DNA of 64,000 nt, taken from an uncultured Fibrobacteria bacterium. Lineage in GTDB: Bacteria > Fibrobacterota > Fibrobacteria > UBA11236. Location: the NCBI GenBank assembly GCA_963716395.1, contig OY970309.1, positions 2,464,001 through 2,528,000 of the forward strand. The letters run 5' to 3'. The position numbers were made by a program, and so were the translations under genes. Every line of letters begins with the position of its first letter. The stretch's first letter is position 1. Of this stretch, positions 1-10,670 are shown piece after piece. The notes under the pieces are model-generated. The model saw nothing but the letters and a program-made list of their open reading frames with translations. It searched no databases and was not told the DNA's origin.

Positions 1-159
1 GGCGGCGTCCGGCATCGGAAACCGCGACGCCGAGGCGGCGTTCGCCGAAGTCGAGGCCGAGCACGGTTCCGGGCATGCCCCGAATTTAAATCCCCCGTAC
101 GCGCGGGAAGGCGAACGACACAAAATCGATGGGGGCCGGTCGGTTGGAACCCGAGGCGG

Positions 160-1968
160 TCAGGTCGAAGTGCGACGGCGCTGGGTGTCGTCGAGAATGA
201 TTTTCCGCAGGCGCAAATTCTTGCCCGTGATCTCGACGGCTTCGTCGTCGTTGATGAATTCCAGGCCTTCTTCCAGCGACAGTTCGCGGTGCGGGGTGAG
301 CACGGTGGCTTCGTCGGCCGCGGTGGTGCGCATGTTGGTCAATTGCTTGGTCTTGGACACGTTGATGATGAGGTCGTCGCCGCGGCTGTGTTCGCCCACG
401 ATCATGCCGGGATACACATTGGCGCCCGGGCCGATGAACATGACGCCGCGATCCTCCAGCTTCCACAGGGCATAGGCCACCGACACGCCGCGCTCCTTGG
501 CGATGAGGGCGCCGGTGGACCGCTGTTCGATGCGCCCCTTCATGGGCTCGAAGCCTTTGAACAATTGCTGGAACACGGCGTAGCCTTTGCTCAGCGACAG
601 CAGGCGGGTGCGCAAACCGATCAGCCCGCGGGCGGGAATGTCGAACACCACCCGCGTCTGTTCGCCTTCGAGCGCCATGTCGCGCATTTCGCCGCGGCGC
701 CGGTTGATTTCGTCGATCACCATGCCTGCGTATTCCTGCGGCGCGTGGATGGTGATGGTTTCCACCGGTTCCAATTCGACGCCCTCTTCGACCCGGGTCA
801 AAACGCGCGGCCGGCCCACGGTGAATTCGTATCCTTCGCGGCGCATTTTTTCGATGATGACCGAAAGGTGCAGGACGCCGCGGCCCGCGACGCGAAAGGC
901 GCCCGGTTCGTCGAGCCGCTCGACGTGCAGGGCCACGTCGGCCAGCGCCTCGCGTTCGAGCCGTTCGGCCAGGTGGTTCGAGGTGAGAAATCGGCCGCCG
1001 TCCAGCCCGCAAAAGGGCGAATCGTTGACCCAGAACCGCATGGAGATGGTGGGCGGGTCGACGTGGATGCGCGGTAAGGCCACGGGATTTTCTTCGCCCG
1101 ACAAGGTGTCGCCCAAGGTGAAATCGGGTACGCCGCACAACGACACGATTTGACCGGCCACGGCCTCGGGAATCTCCTTGAGCTTGACGCCCTCGGGGTA
1201 GAGGATTTTCGAGATGCGCACTTTCTTGACTTCACCCGCGGCATTGAGATGGGTGAGGCTTTGATTGGTGCGCAGCAGCCCCTGTTGCAGGCGGCCTACG
1301 GCCATGCGACCCATGAATTCCTGATAGTCGAGGCTGGTGATCTGCAGAATGGGCAACGACCCGGTCCCGACCTTGGGTGCGGGAATGCGATCGAGAATGA
1401 GTTCGAACAAGGGCGCCAGATTGGAATCCGGATCTTCGAGTTTGCGGCGGCAGGTGCCGTTGCGGCCCGAAGCGAAGATATACGCGAAGTCGAGCTGGTT
1501 CTCATGCGCGCCCAGATCGATGAACAAATCCAACACCTGATCCATGGCCCGCAGCGGTTCACAGCCGGGCCGGTCGATCTTATTGATCACCACGCACAAC
1601 GTCAGGCCCAGTTCCAGGGCTTTCTTGGTGACGAAGCGCGTCTGCGCCATGGGCCCTTCGAAGGCGTCGACGATGAGCAAGGCGCCATCGACCGTGCCCA
1701 ATACGCGTTCGACCTGGCCGCCGAAGTCGGCGTGGCCGGGCGTGTCGACGATGTTGATCAGATAATCGCGGAACACCACCGAGGCGTTTTTGGAAAAGAT
1801 GGTGATGCCGCGTTCGCGCTCCTGATCATTGGAGTCGAGCACGCGCTCGTTGACGACCTGGCTTTCGCGGAACACCCCGCTTTGCTTGAGCAAACCGTCG
1901 ACGAGGGTCGTCTTGCCGTGATCGACATGGGCGATAATCGCCACGTTGCGGATTTTTGAACTTTCCAT
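160..1968 (-). CDS. typA: Translational GTPase TypA/BipA
   Basis: [20 protein letters not shown]-loop, [19 protein letters not shown] and the C-terminal KQLTNMR...[19 protein letters not shown] BipA signature. Confidence 0.97.
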   Translation of the reverse strand: MESSKIRNVAIIAHVDHGKTTLVDGLLKQSGVFRESQVVNERVLDSNDQERERGITIFSKNASVVFRDYLINIVDTPGHADFGGQVERVLGTVDGALLIVDAFEGPMAQTRFVTKKALELGLTLCVVINKIDRPGCEPLRAMDQVLDLFIDLGAHENQLDFAYIFASGRNGTCRRKLEDPDSNLAPLFELILDRIPAPKVGTGSLPILQITSLDYQEFMGRMAVGRLQQGLLRTNQSLTHLNAAGEVKKVRISKILYPEGVKLKEIPEAVAGQIVSLCGVPDFTLGDTLSGEENPVALPRIHVDPPTISMRFWVNDSPFCGLDGGRFLTSNHLAERLEREALADVALHVERLDEPGAFRVAGRGVLHLSVIIEKMRREGYEFTVGRPRVLTRVEEGVELEPVETITIHAPQEYAGMVIDEINRRRGEMRDMALEGEQTRVVFDIPARGLIGLRTRLLSLSKGYAVFQQLFKGFEPMKGRIEQRSTGALIAKERGVSVAYALWKLEDRGVMFIGPGANVYPGMIVGEHSRGDDLIINVSKTKQLTNMRTTAADEATVLTPHRELSLEEGLEFINDDEAVEITGKNLRLRKIILDDTQRRRTST

Positions 1969-2361
1969 CGCTGTCTTTCTGCGCCCGCCGCCAAAGAAAT
2001 CAAGCTGAAACGAACGGCGCCCACCGCCCGCTCGTCGGGGCGGAAATAGGAACAGAATCGACGGTTCTTGTCAAGAACGCCTTCCGGCCTCCAACCGAGT
2101 CCCAAGTCCGGGGTCTCTCTGCGGCCCCACGACTACGGTTTTGAGTGTGCGATCGGTTTCAATCCATGCCGCGCTTTCGCGGGCCCGTTCCACACCCGGG
2201 CCGAAACCGCCGGCGTGATTTACGGGAGCCGGAAGGCCGGGGCGGGAGGTTTCTTCTCAATAAAATTCGTTACGGCGATCGGAAAAGATCGCATAATTGA
2301 CGGTGACGGCGGAGCGACCCGATAGCTCGGTTGTCCAGCGCGCAGTTTGGAAGGAGGCATT

Positions 2362-5300
2362 ATGAAGATCCGGATCGCGGGCCTGGGCCTGCGCTTGGTT
2401 GCGGCCGTTGCGGCACTTCTCGGCATCACGTACAGGGCCGCTTGTGCCGATTTGCCGGCGGCTTGGGATTCCCTGCTGGCCAACCGGCCATTGGCCGCGC
2501 GCGCCGAGTTCGAGAAATTCCTGCGCGCCCCCAATCCCCGCGTGGCCGGTGAAGCCCGGCGCGGCCTGGGAATGGTCGCGCGCTTTCTCGGCCAACCCGA
2601 GACCGAAACCCAATGGAACTTCGACGCTTTTACCCAAGACCATGACACCTTGGCCTTTCTGGCCCCGGCGAATCGGCGCTATCGCTTTGAACGCTCGTGG
2701 TGGGGGCATACCCTGGCCGCCGGATACGCGGTGGACAAGTCGATGGGTGCGCATCCGCCGCTGCTCACGGCGACCCTGGCCGCCGAATTGGCCTTGCGGC
2801 TGGCCAATGACGGCGATCTCCAGGGCGCGGCCAAGCTGGAAGCACGCCTGGGCCTGGTGCGCCGCTGGTGGGCCATCGGTCCCTTCGCCAATATTTCCGG
2901 TAGCGGATTCGATCAGGTGTATCCGCCGGAAACCGCCGTGCAATTGGATTCCGCGTACCGGGGCAAGAACGGGAATACCGTGCGGTGGTTTCCGCTCACC
3001 ACGACGCCGCCCACCACCTGGATTTTCAACCAATACCATCTGCCGTTTCCCAACGCCGTGTTGTACTTCGCGGCCCAAATCGAAAGCCCCGACGCCCAGC
3101 AGGCTTGGGTGTCCTTCGGAGCGTCGGGCAGTTTCAAAGTCTGGGTGAACGACCGGTTGGTGCTGGCCGACAAGGTGTTCCGCAACACGGGTGAAGACGC
3201 CTTCGCCCAACCCGTCGCATTGCATCGCGGCCCCAACCGCATTTTGGTGAAGCTGGGGAATGATTCGCGTTACTCCAATTTCCAATTGCGGCTACTCGAC
3301 GCCGGGGGCCGCGGCCTCGCCGATTTCAAGGAAACCGACCCGCGCGGCGCCTACGCGCATGACACCGGCGTCGTGGCCGATTTACAGAATTCGCCCAACC
3401 TCGCGCGCGCGCTGGACTATCTGCGGGCGCGGCTGGAAAAAAATCCCGGCGACGCCGACGCCGCGCTGTTGCGGATGGATGTGTTCAATGTCAACGAGAT
3501 GACCGACAGCGCCGAAGTGTGGGGGCTGCGGCAATTGGCGCTGCATCCGCGCAGCGCGCTTTGGCTTTCGCTCCTGTCCGAGAGCATGACCCGTAGCGGA
3601 CAGGTGACCCGGTCCCAAGCGTATCTCAAATCGGCTTACCGCAACAGCCCGTATTGCTACGCCGGCTGGATGCAGGAACTCACGCGCCTGTCCAAATCGG
3701 CCGGACCGGAAATGGTGCTCGACTTTCTGGCCAAGAGCCCGCCCGAATTCCGGCAGAGCCAAACCGCGTTGTGGGCTTCGATCGTGAAGCTTGGCGAGCT
3801 GGGACGCAAGGCCGATGCCCTGAATCAGTTGGCCGAACTCGAACGCGTGCCCGAATTCGATGTCGTGACCGCCGCCTTGCTGGCCGGCGTTTACAAGGCG
3901 CAAGGGCGTAAAGACGACGCGCTGCAGATCTGGAAAAAGTTCACCGATTTCCGCCACACCGATGGGGATGCCTATCGCGAAGCGGCCAATCTCGACATCG
4001 GTGCGGGTGAAGTCGCGCAAGCCTCGGCGTGGTTGCGGACCGGCAGCGAATTTTCGCCCGACAATCCCAACCTGCCGATCACCCTCGCCAATCTGGAAAT
4101 GCAGAACAAACAATACGACGCGGCCCAAAAAGACCTGGACCACGCCGAAGCGCTGGCGCCCACCCACCCCGCGGTGCTGGGCCTCAAAGCCAATCTCCTG
4201 TTTCTCAGGGGCCGCCGGCAGGAAGCGCGCTCCACCCTGCTGCAGAGCATCGATTACAACTACAACGACTTCGATGCCTGGGACAAACTCCTGGAAATAG
4301 ACGGCCAGCCCACGTTCGAGTCGCTGGCGCCCCTGCCTTCGGTCGACAGCCTGCTGCAAGCGTCCCGCGGCTGGGAAGGGCTGCAACAGGAACGCGGGGC
4401 CCTCGTCGCCTATCTGCACGACGTTTTCTTCTATCCCAGCCGCGCCGTGCGCACCCGCACCTTTCTGGTGGCGCATCTCACGACCGCCAAGGCGGTGGAC
4501 AACTGGAAGGAATACGATATTCCCTACAACGCCACCTACCAAAGCGTGAACGTCGTCGCGGCGCATACGCGCAAGGCCTCGGGCGAAGAGATCGACGCCG
4601 AAGTGCGCGGCACCGACGTGGTTTTCAAGTCGTTGGAGCCGGGCGACGCCGTGGTGCTCGAATGGACGGACCAAGACGATTACGACGGCGACATGGCCCG
4701 GCAATGTTGGGGGCGTTTCCAATTCCGGCTGAGCCTGCCCACCTTTTTTTCGCGCTTGCGCCTGTATACGGCCGGCCGCGACACCATCGGGTACCACATT
4801 CGCGGCGCGGACATCCGCTTTACGGCCGGCGAAAGCTCCGGGGTCAAAATGCGCAGTTTCGCACGCGGGCCCTACCTGGTTTCGCCCAAAGACTGGTATC
4901 TGCCCATCAACGACTCCACCGCGCCCGACGTGTTGTACTCGACGTTTTCGAATTGGGGGCAGATCGCCGACTGGTACGCCGATATTACCGAGGACAAAAG
5001 CGCGCCGGTACCCATCGTGCAACGGCTGGCCGATTCGCTGTTCCGCGGCGCCGGCGATGACGCCGAAAAGGTGCGACGCGTGCAGCGTTTCGTAGCCTCG
5101 GTCATTTCCTACAGCAGCCTGCCGTTTCGCCAAAGCGGGTGGATTCCCCAGCCCGCGCAGGAGGTGTTGGCCAGCCGGCTCGGCGATTGCAAAGACAAAT
5201 CGGCCCTGGCGAAAAGCCTGCTGGCGCTGGCTGGCATCCCCAGTCATCTCGTATTGGTGGCCACGCGCGACGAGTTCGACACGCGCCCCGGTCCCATCGG

Positions 5301-6132
5301 CCCGCATTTCAACCATTGCCTGCTGGCGTATACTTTGCAAGGGCGCGAGCGCTATTTGGAACTCACCGACCCGTATCTGTATTACACCCGCCTCGCCAAA
5401 GATGATCAGGGCGCCACTGCGCTGGTGATCCGCCGCGGCAACCGCACCCTGATGCGACTGCCGGTGGACGGGCCGGACGATCGCACCAGCGTGCGCACGG
5501 TGCAATGCGTGCTCGACGATTCCGGGAACGCCGCCATCGCCACGCATTCGGTGCGCACCGGCCTGTTCGCCCGCAGCATCCGCAGCGGCTACCGCTTTTT
5601 GTCGCCCGAAGAGCAGAAGACGGAATTGCGTCGCAGTCTGCTCGACGATTACACCGACGTCGACGTCGATTCGGTGCACTTCGGCGATTTGGATGCGGTC
5701 ACCGACTCGGTGCAGTACGTCTACGGATTCACGGCGCGCCAAACCGTCGCCGCTTCGGGAGCCACGCGCATCTTCCGTCTTTTCCTGCCCGACAAGGTTT
5801 CGTCCCAGGAAATTCCCGATGACGCCAGGCATGCCGAGGGCTTGGATTTATACCAGGCTTCGTATAGCATCGGCCGCTTCGATCAAACCGGCCGCATCGT
5901 TTATCCCAAGCGCTGGAAGCTGTTGGATGTGCCGGCCCCGCTGCATGTACGCGGCCCCGGCGGCGAATATTCCCTGGTATTCAAGGTCAAGGGGAACACT
6001 GTGTCTTATCGGCGGCAGGCGGTGTTCCGCGCCGGGGAACCGATTCCGGCCACGCAGGCCAAGGCCGCACGCGATTTTCTCACGCGCATTGCGCGCGCTG
6101 ACGACGTGCAACTGGTGTTCCGCAGCCGCTGA
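2362..6132 (+). CDS. Secreted TPR + DUF3857 + transglutaminase-like domain protein
   Basis: AAGGAGG RBS before ATG 2362; signal peptide; TPR-like helical repeats; FKSLEPGDAVVLEW (DUF3857-like); GDCKDKS and FNHCL transglutaminase motifs. Confidence 0.8.
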   Translation: MKIRIAGLGLRLVAAVAALLGITYRAACADLPAAWDSLLANRPLAARAEFEKFLRAPNPRVAGEARRGLGMVARFLGQPETETQWNFDAFTQDHDTLAFLAPANRRYRFERSWWGHTLAAGYAVDKSMGAHPPLLTATLAAELALRLANDGDLQGAAKLEARLGLVRRWWAIGPFANISGSGFDQVYPPETAVQLDSAYRGKNGNTVRWFPLTTTPPTTWIFNQYHLPFPNAVLYFAAQIESPDAQQAWVSFGASGSFKVWVNDRLVLADKVFRNTGEDAFAQPVALHRGPNRILVKLGNDSRYSNFQLRLLDAGGRGLADFKETDPRGAYAHDTGVVADLQNSPNLARALDYLRARLEKNPGDADAALLRMDVFNVNEMTDSAEVWGLRQLALHPRSALWLSLLSESMTRSGQVTRSQAYLKSAYRNSPYCYAGWMQELTRLSKSAGPEMVLDFLAKSPPEFRQSQTALWASIVKLGELGRKADALNQLAELERVPEFDVVTAALLAGVYKAQGRKDDALQIWKKFTDFRHTDGDAYREAANLDIGAGEVAQASAWLRTGSEFSPDNPNLPITLANLEMQNKQYDAAQKDLDHAEALAPTHPAVLGLKANLLFLRGRRQEARSTLLQSIDYNYNDFDAWDKLLEIDGQPTFESLAPLPSVDSLLQASRGWEGLQQERGALVAYLHDVFFYPSRAVRTRTFLVAHLTTAKAVDNWKEYDIPYNATYQSVNVVAAHTRKASGEEIDAEVRGTDVVFKSLEPGDAVVLEWTDQDDYDGDMARQCWGRFQFRLSLPTFFSRLRLYTAGRDTIGYHIRGADIRFTAGESSGVKMRSFARGPYLVSPKDWYLPINDSTAPDVLYSTFSNWGQIADWYADITEDKSAPVPIVQRLADSLFRGAGDDAEKVRRVQRFVASVISYSSLPFRQSGWIPQPAQEVLASRLGDCKDKSALAKSLLALAGIPSHLVLVATRDEFDTRPGPIGPHFNHCLLAYTLQGRERYLELTDPYLYYTRLAKDDQGATALVIRRGNRTLMRLPVDGPDDRTSVRTVQCVLDDSGNAAIATHSVRTGLFARSIRSGYRFLSPEEQKTELRRSLLDDYTDVDVDSVHFGDLDAVTDSVQYVYGFTARQTVAASGATRIFRLFLPDKVSSQEIPDDARHAEGLDLYQASYSIGRFDQTGRIVYPKRWKLLDVPAPLHVRGPGGEYSLVFKVKGNTVSYRRQAVFRAGEPIPATQAKAARDFLTRIARADDVQLVFRSR

Positions 6133-6158
6133 GCCCGCCGCCCGAATGCGGCGCGGCC

Positions 6159-7223
6159 TCAGCGCGCGGGCAAGGTGAGGCGCGGCAGGTCGGGGGCGAA
6201 GAGGCGCTGCCAGCGTCTTCCCAAAACATCGAAGTAAAGATCCGGCGCGGCCTTCACCGTCATGGCCGGGCGCGGAAAAAAAATTTCGCTGGAGCAACCC
6301 GGCAGGGCCTGCAAATCGGAGCGAATCGAGGTGAGAATGGAATTCCAATTGGAAGTGGGATTAGCCTGCCCGATGGAGATGACGCCGTCGGCGATGCGGT
6401 TGTTGATGTTGGCGGGATTGTCCCAGGCCGTGTCCAACCCGGTGCTGGCGCCCGCGGTTCCATATCCCGCGTCGGCCAGAATGGGCTTTCCGGTCAGGGT
6501 GTGTACCGATGCCCAGGTCATGGTGTTCGAGGTGCGGATGCGCGAACTGCCGGGCGGGCCCTCGGCATTGGTCTCGCCTCCGGAAGTATTGATATACGTG
6601 AAGCGGTTCATGGGCAACGCCCCGAACCATTGGGAGGGACTCGCCACCCAGGGCGAGATGTCCATGGAGAACACGGCATGGGGCAGATATTTCTGAATGC
6701 TGTCGAGCATTTCGCCCATGAAGGTTCCGGCCTCGGCGAAGCTCAGGGGATTGCCGCTTTCACTGCCGGGCTGGGCGTACTGATAGTAATCCGGTTCCAT
6801 CATCCACACCACGGGAGTCGTAGTGCCCAAATCGTTCGCGGTTCCCTGTGCGTATTTGGAAACCTGGCCGAGAATATGCGCGCGCGCCGCCGGGTTGCGG
6901 ATATAATAGGCGCCCGAATCGCACAGGCTGGGAGTGCCCACATTGCAATCCTGCAACCCGTAATCGCGGCGCAAGGTGAAGGCAATGATGTAATCGTAGA
7001 GCACCGGCGTGACGCCGTGCAAAGCGCCGCCGGGTGCGCAGGCTTTCATCATGCTCCCGAGGTCGTAGTTTTCCTCGCTCCCGGCCCATTGCGTGACGAA
7101 ACCGATTTCCGATCCGGTGGATCCGGCATAGGGCGTGCCGAAATTGAAAGTGCAATTCGAAAGCCCGGCGGTCGCCACCTGTGCGGCCCAGAGGGCCAGG
7201 CCGGCGGACAGTATTTTACTCAT
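6159..7223 (-). CDS. Secreted putative glycoside hydrolase with a short FCB-type C-terminal tail
   Basis: Signal peptide MSKILSAGLALWAAQVATA (start moved from 7319); VVWMMEPDYYQY motif; C-terminal YFDVLGRR. Confidence 0.6.
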   Translation of the reverse strand: MSKILSAGLALWAAQVATAGLSNCTFNFGTPYAGSTGSEIGFVTQWAGSEENYDLGSMMKACAPGGALHGVTPVLYDYIIAFTLRRDYGLQDCNVGTPSLCDSGAYYIRNPAARAHILGQVSKYAQGTANDLGTTTPVVWMMEPDYYQYAQPGSESGNPLSFAEAGTFMGEMLDSIQKYLPHAVFSMDISPWVASPSQWFGALPMNRFTYINTSGGETNAEGPPGSSRIRTSNTMTWASVHTLTGKPILADAGYGTAGASTGLDTAWDNPANINNRIADGVISIGQANPTSNWNSILTSIRSDLQALPGCSSEIFFPRPAMTVKAAPDLYFDVLGRRWQRLFAPDLPRLTLPAR

Positions 7224-7574
7224 GACGATCCGTTTCGTTTTCCAAGCGCACCTCGCCTTCAGGTTTTTTTTCGAGGGCTGAATCCGACGCCGTTGCACCC
7301 GCCGGCGAAATCGAACCAAGGGGCGGTCGATTCTTCCCGCTGGAATGTTTAGTAGCAGAAGCCGAGGAAACGGTTTCAGAAGAAGCCGGAAACGGAGGGC
7401 GAGCGGCGAAGGTAACGCCGAGTGGTTTTTTGCCCAGGGCGGTGCCGTGATCCGCCGCTTACCTGCAATCTTCCGGCGTCGTCCTGATGGGTGAGAATGC
7501 GGAAGAGACTTCGCCGGGCCTTTCGGAATGATTTAGTCCGGGGCTCAGCGGGCGGTGCCGAAATGCTGCGCGGA

Positions 7575-9455
7575 TCAATGCGGGCTCAAGGTGAGGACGT
7601 AACCGTCGGAGGCGTTGGCCCAATTAAGGGTTACGATCACCGTGTTGCAAGCGATGAGAACCGCCGCGCTCGAATCGACCACGGGCGCGCTCAGCGCGCC
7701 ATCACCGGCCGGCATTCTTTCGATCAGGACCTTCGTCGCTCCGGCGCCCTGCAGCCAAGACGGAATGTGCTTGATGACGACGTTGACCGACCCGGTGACG
7801 CCGCCCTTGTTGCCGACCACGATGATGGCCTTGGCCGCCGACGCATCCGCATAGGCCACCGCATCCACCTGCGACCCGGCGGTGGTATTGATCCGCAGCC
7901 CGGTTTGATCCGCGTAACGCTGGTAGATCCAGTACTGGCTGTTCGGCTGCCAGTTGGACGCCACCAGGTCTCCCAGGTTGGAAAAGAACTCCGTTCCGTT
8001 GGCCCAGTTGCCGCGCAGGCCCTGCATGCCCGTCCGATCGAAGCGCGCGAGGAACCAGGCGGAGTGGCCCGGATTCTGTTCGGCCTGGGTCCCGTACTCG
8101 TTGACATCGAAACCTTTGAATTCCGTAATTCCCCGGCTGGCAAGACCCTGGGTGATGGTGGCCAAATCCGCCACGGGGTCGGCGCCCCCGCCTTCTTCGT
8201 GCCAGGTGAAGTAATCGGGAATGACGTTGTTGGTCTGGGCGTAGTCGAGAAAGGCGTTCATCCACGCACCGCCCGGGCCGGTCGCGAGGCTCGGCCCTTC
8301 GATGATCGCGCCGGGAATGGCGGCGCGCACCTGTTGGTAGGCGTGCGTCCAGGTAGCGAGCCATTGGGCCTGCGTGCCCGTCCAGAAGATGTTGAGATCG
8401 GGCTCGTTCCACAGTTCCCAGCGCACGTCGGGCCCGGTCATGCCATTGGCTTTTGCGCTGTCGATGAGCTGGCTCATGAAGGTCGTGAATCCCGTCCAGT
8501 CTCCGCCGTTGCCGGGAATAGGGCAGGAGTAGCCATAGTCGTCGCTGACCAAAAGGAGCAGGGTCGCGCCGATCGCCTTCGCGCGCGCGTAGTAGGCCTT
8601 CATCACGCCGAAGTGGGTGATCCAGGATTGGGCTCCGCAGCCTTCCACCACTCCGCGTCCGGCGCGCAGCCCTTTCACTTTGATGTCGGTCAGCAGGGAG
8701 GTGGGCGGCTGGGTGCCGTCCTCGGAAAGGCCGTAGATGAAACCGGACGCGAGATAGGTGGGCGCGCCCCCGGTCACGGCCATGTCGAGCGTGACCGCGT
8801 CTTTGGCCGCAGGCGGCGTCGGCGGGGTGCAGCTTGTGAGCGTGATGTCTTGCGTCTGGTCATAAGCATTGATGCCGATCCACTTCGTCTGGTAACCGGC
8901 GGCCGTGGCTTGGAGCGAATCCACGAAGGCCGCCGCCTTCGCCAGCGGCCCGCTCGCCGGAGTGGTGTACTCCAAGGAGGTGTTTGCCATCCCGCCTGGC
9001 ATGGAAAAGTAGGGGAAGATTTTTGTCTTTTCCCCGACGGAGGCCTTGATGAGCAGCAGGTTTTTCGCCTGGATTCTTTCCGTCACGTTCCAGCGATAGC
9101 TTCCGGCCGCGGCCACGTTCCAGGCGGCCTTGTCCAGGAGATTTCCCTTCAGGCCGAAGATCTCGATGCGGATGGGCTCCGCTTTGGTCACGGTGAGATC
9201 CAGCACGCTTCCGTCGAGTCGGATGTCCGCGGACATGGCCCCGGATGAGGGTTGCACGGCATTGGCGCCCGCGGTCAGGGAATACAGGCCATCGGTCCCG
9301 GTCGTATCCTTCGGCGGCGCGTGCAACAATTCCACCACCGCGTTTGCGATGGGTTGATTGGCGGCGTTCATCACCTCGCCGTGCACGTTGATGGTCTGGG
9401 CGTTGACCGTGATTCCCAGCGCCACAACGATTCCAAAAACCAGCGGTTGATCCAT
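7575..9455 (-). CDS. Secreted GH39-like (clan GH-A) glycoside hydrolase with an N-terminal carboxypeptidase-regulatory-like domain
   Basis: ASGFIYG, WELWNEPD (acid/base), FTWHEE, DVNEYG (nucleophile), GLRGNW; signal peptide ending VNAQ; start could be 9485. Confidence 0.75.
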   Translation of the reverse strand: MDQPLVFGIVVALGITVNAQTINVHGEVMNAANQPIANAVVELLHAPPKDTTGTDGLYSLTAGANAVQPSSGAMSADIRLDGSVLDLTVTKAEPIRIEIFGLKGNLLDKAAWNVAAAGSYRWNVTERIQAKNLLLIKASVGEKTKIFPYFSMPGGMANTSLEYTTPASGPLAKAAAFVDSLQATAAGYQTKWIGINAYDQTQDITLTSCTPPTPPAAKDAVTLDMAVTGGAPTYLASGFIYGLSEDGTQPPTSLLTDIKVKGLRAGRGVVEGCGAQSWITHFGVMKAYYARAKAIGATLLLLVSDDYGYSCPIPGNGGDWTGFTTFMSQLIDSAKANGMTGPDVRWELWNEPDLNIFWTGTQAQWLATWTHAYQQVRAAIPGAIIEGPSLATGPGGAWMNAFLDYAQTNNVIPDYFTWHEEGGGADPVADLATITQGLASRGITEFKGFDVNEYGTQAEQNPGHSAWFLARFDRTGMQGLRGNWANGTEFFSNLGDLVASNWQPNSQYWIYQRYADQTGLRINTTAGSQVDAVAYADASAAKAIIVVGNKGGVTGSVNVVIKHIPSWLQGAGATKVLIERMPAGDGALSAPVVDSSAAVLIACNTVIVTLNWANASDGYVLTLSPH

Positions 9456-9793
9456 ATATCGACTTTCTCGCGCCTTATGGCGCACCTACTCGCTCGGTCT
9501 CGGCCTTCGATCCCTCGACCGGGTTCGACATCCCTTGGCGTCCCCTGGGCCGGCTCGAGAACCGGCTCAGGCCTTACGCCGTAGGCGGATCCCGGGTGGA
9601 CCGATTATTGGAGTTGCCCTTAATAATCTAAGGGGAGCGCGAGATCACCAAAGGGCTTTTGTGACCGAAATCATGCCCCTGTATCACCGGTCGGGAATGA
9701 CTGCGGGGGGCGGGGGATCGACGGCTCGGGGGCGCGATTGACGGGGAGTCGAATCGGCTCCCCGTCGCGAAAGCTTTAAAAGAAGCAAGCCGC

Positions 9794-10393
9794 CTAGCGG
9801 GCCACGGCCTCCGCCTCGCGCTTGGCGGTCTGCGCCGGCGCATGCTCGCGCAACCAGGCCATCACCTCGCGGTAGAAACCGGGATGGTCCTGCCACGTGC
9901 GCGCGCTGATCAGGTTGCCGTCTTTCACGCATTCGCGATCTTCGTATTTTCCGCCGCCCGCCTCCGCTTCCCAACGCACATGCTCGTAGCAGGTCACGCG
10001 TTTGCCTTTTGCCAAACCTGCGGCCGCCACGATTTGCACGCCGTGGCAAATGGCGAACAGTCCCTTGTCGGCGGCGGCAAAATCGCGTAGTATCGACCGG
10101 ACGCGTTCATCATTGCGCAGGTATTCGGGCGCGCGTCCGCCGATGACGAGCACCGCCTCGTAATCGCTTACCTTCACTTCGGCGAAGGTGATGTCGGAGG
10201 TCCAGCGATATCCGGTCCGCTCTACGTAGGTGTCCCAACCGGGTTCGAAGTCATGGATGACCAGATGCAACGCGCGCTTCGAAGGGGCGGCCACCACGGG
10301 CACAAAATTGTCTTCCATGAAACGGTGGTTGGCGTAAAGCGTTTCGTAACTCTCGCCGCCGTCGCCGACGATGATTAGGATTTTGCGAGCCAT
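9794..10393 (-). CDS. DJ-1/PfpI family protein (glyoxalase III/deglycase-like)
   Basis: GDGGESYE, GGRAPEYLR, AICHG nucleophile elbow, DGNLISARTWQDHP. Confidence 0.92.
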   Translation of the reverse strand: MARKILIIVGDGGESYETLYANHRFMEDNFVPVVAAPSKRALHLVIHDFEPGWDTYVERTGYRWTSDITFAEVKVSDYEAVLVIGGRAPEYLRNDERVRSILRDFAAADKGLFAICHGVQIVAAAGLAKGKRVTCYEHVRWEAEAGGGKYEDRECVKDGNLISARTWQDHPGFYREVMAWLREHAPAQTAKREAEAVAR

Positions 10394-10670
10394 GTTTCCC
10401 CCTGCGGATGATTGAAGTTGGACGGTTTCGGAAGCCAGAGGGACTAAAATAACATGCTCCCGGTTGGTTTACCACCGGGTTATGGATGCAAGTGAAATGC
10501 GCCCTACGTCGGCCGAGCCCGGTTTCGAGGTCCCTCGAAAAGCTCGGGAACCCGGTTCAGGCCTCGGCTGGAACCCCATGCAGAAAGGGCTCCAAATCGA
10601 AAGTCGCGGCATATTTCCAAAAATGTGACCTCCGGCCAGCAGTCGCGGTTAACGGATTTTCAATCCGATA

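Noticed and set aside
2064-2078. Palindrome GTTCTTG-t-CAAGAAC upstream of typA
   Set aside because: It is centred on a TTGACA -35 element, which often appears as CTTGACAAG. There is no second copy and no match to an operator I recognise.
7345-7400. Short direct repeat AGAAGCCG(A)GGAAACGG upstream of the putative GH
   Set aside because: Only two imperfect copies, with no supporting structure or function.
9740-9766. GC-rich hairpin downstream of the DJ-1 gene
   Set aside because: It has no U-tract on the transcribed strand, so it was not called an intrinsic terminator; it may be a stability hairpin.
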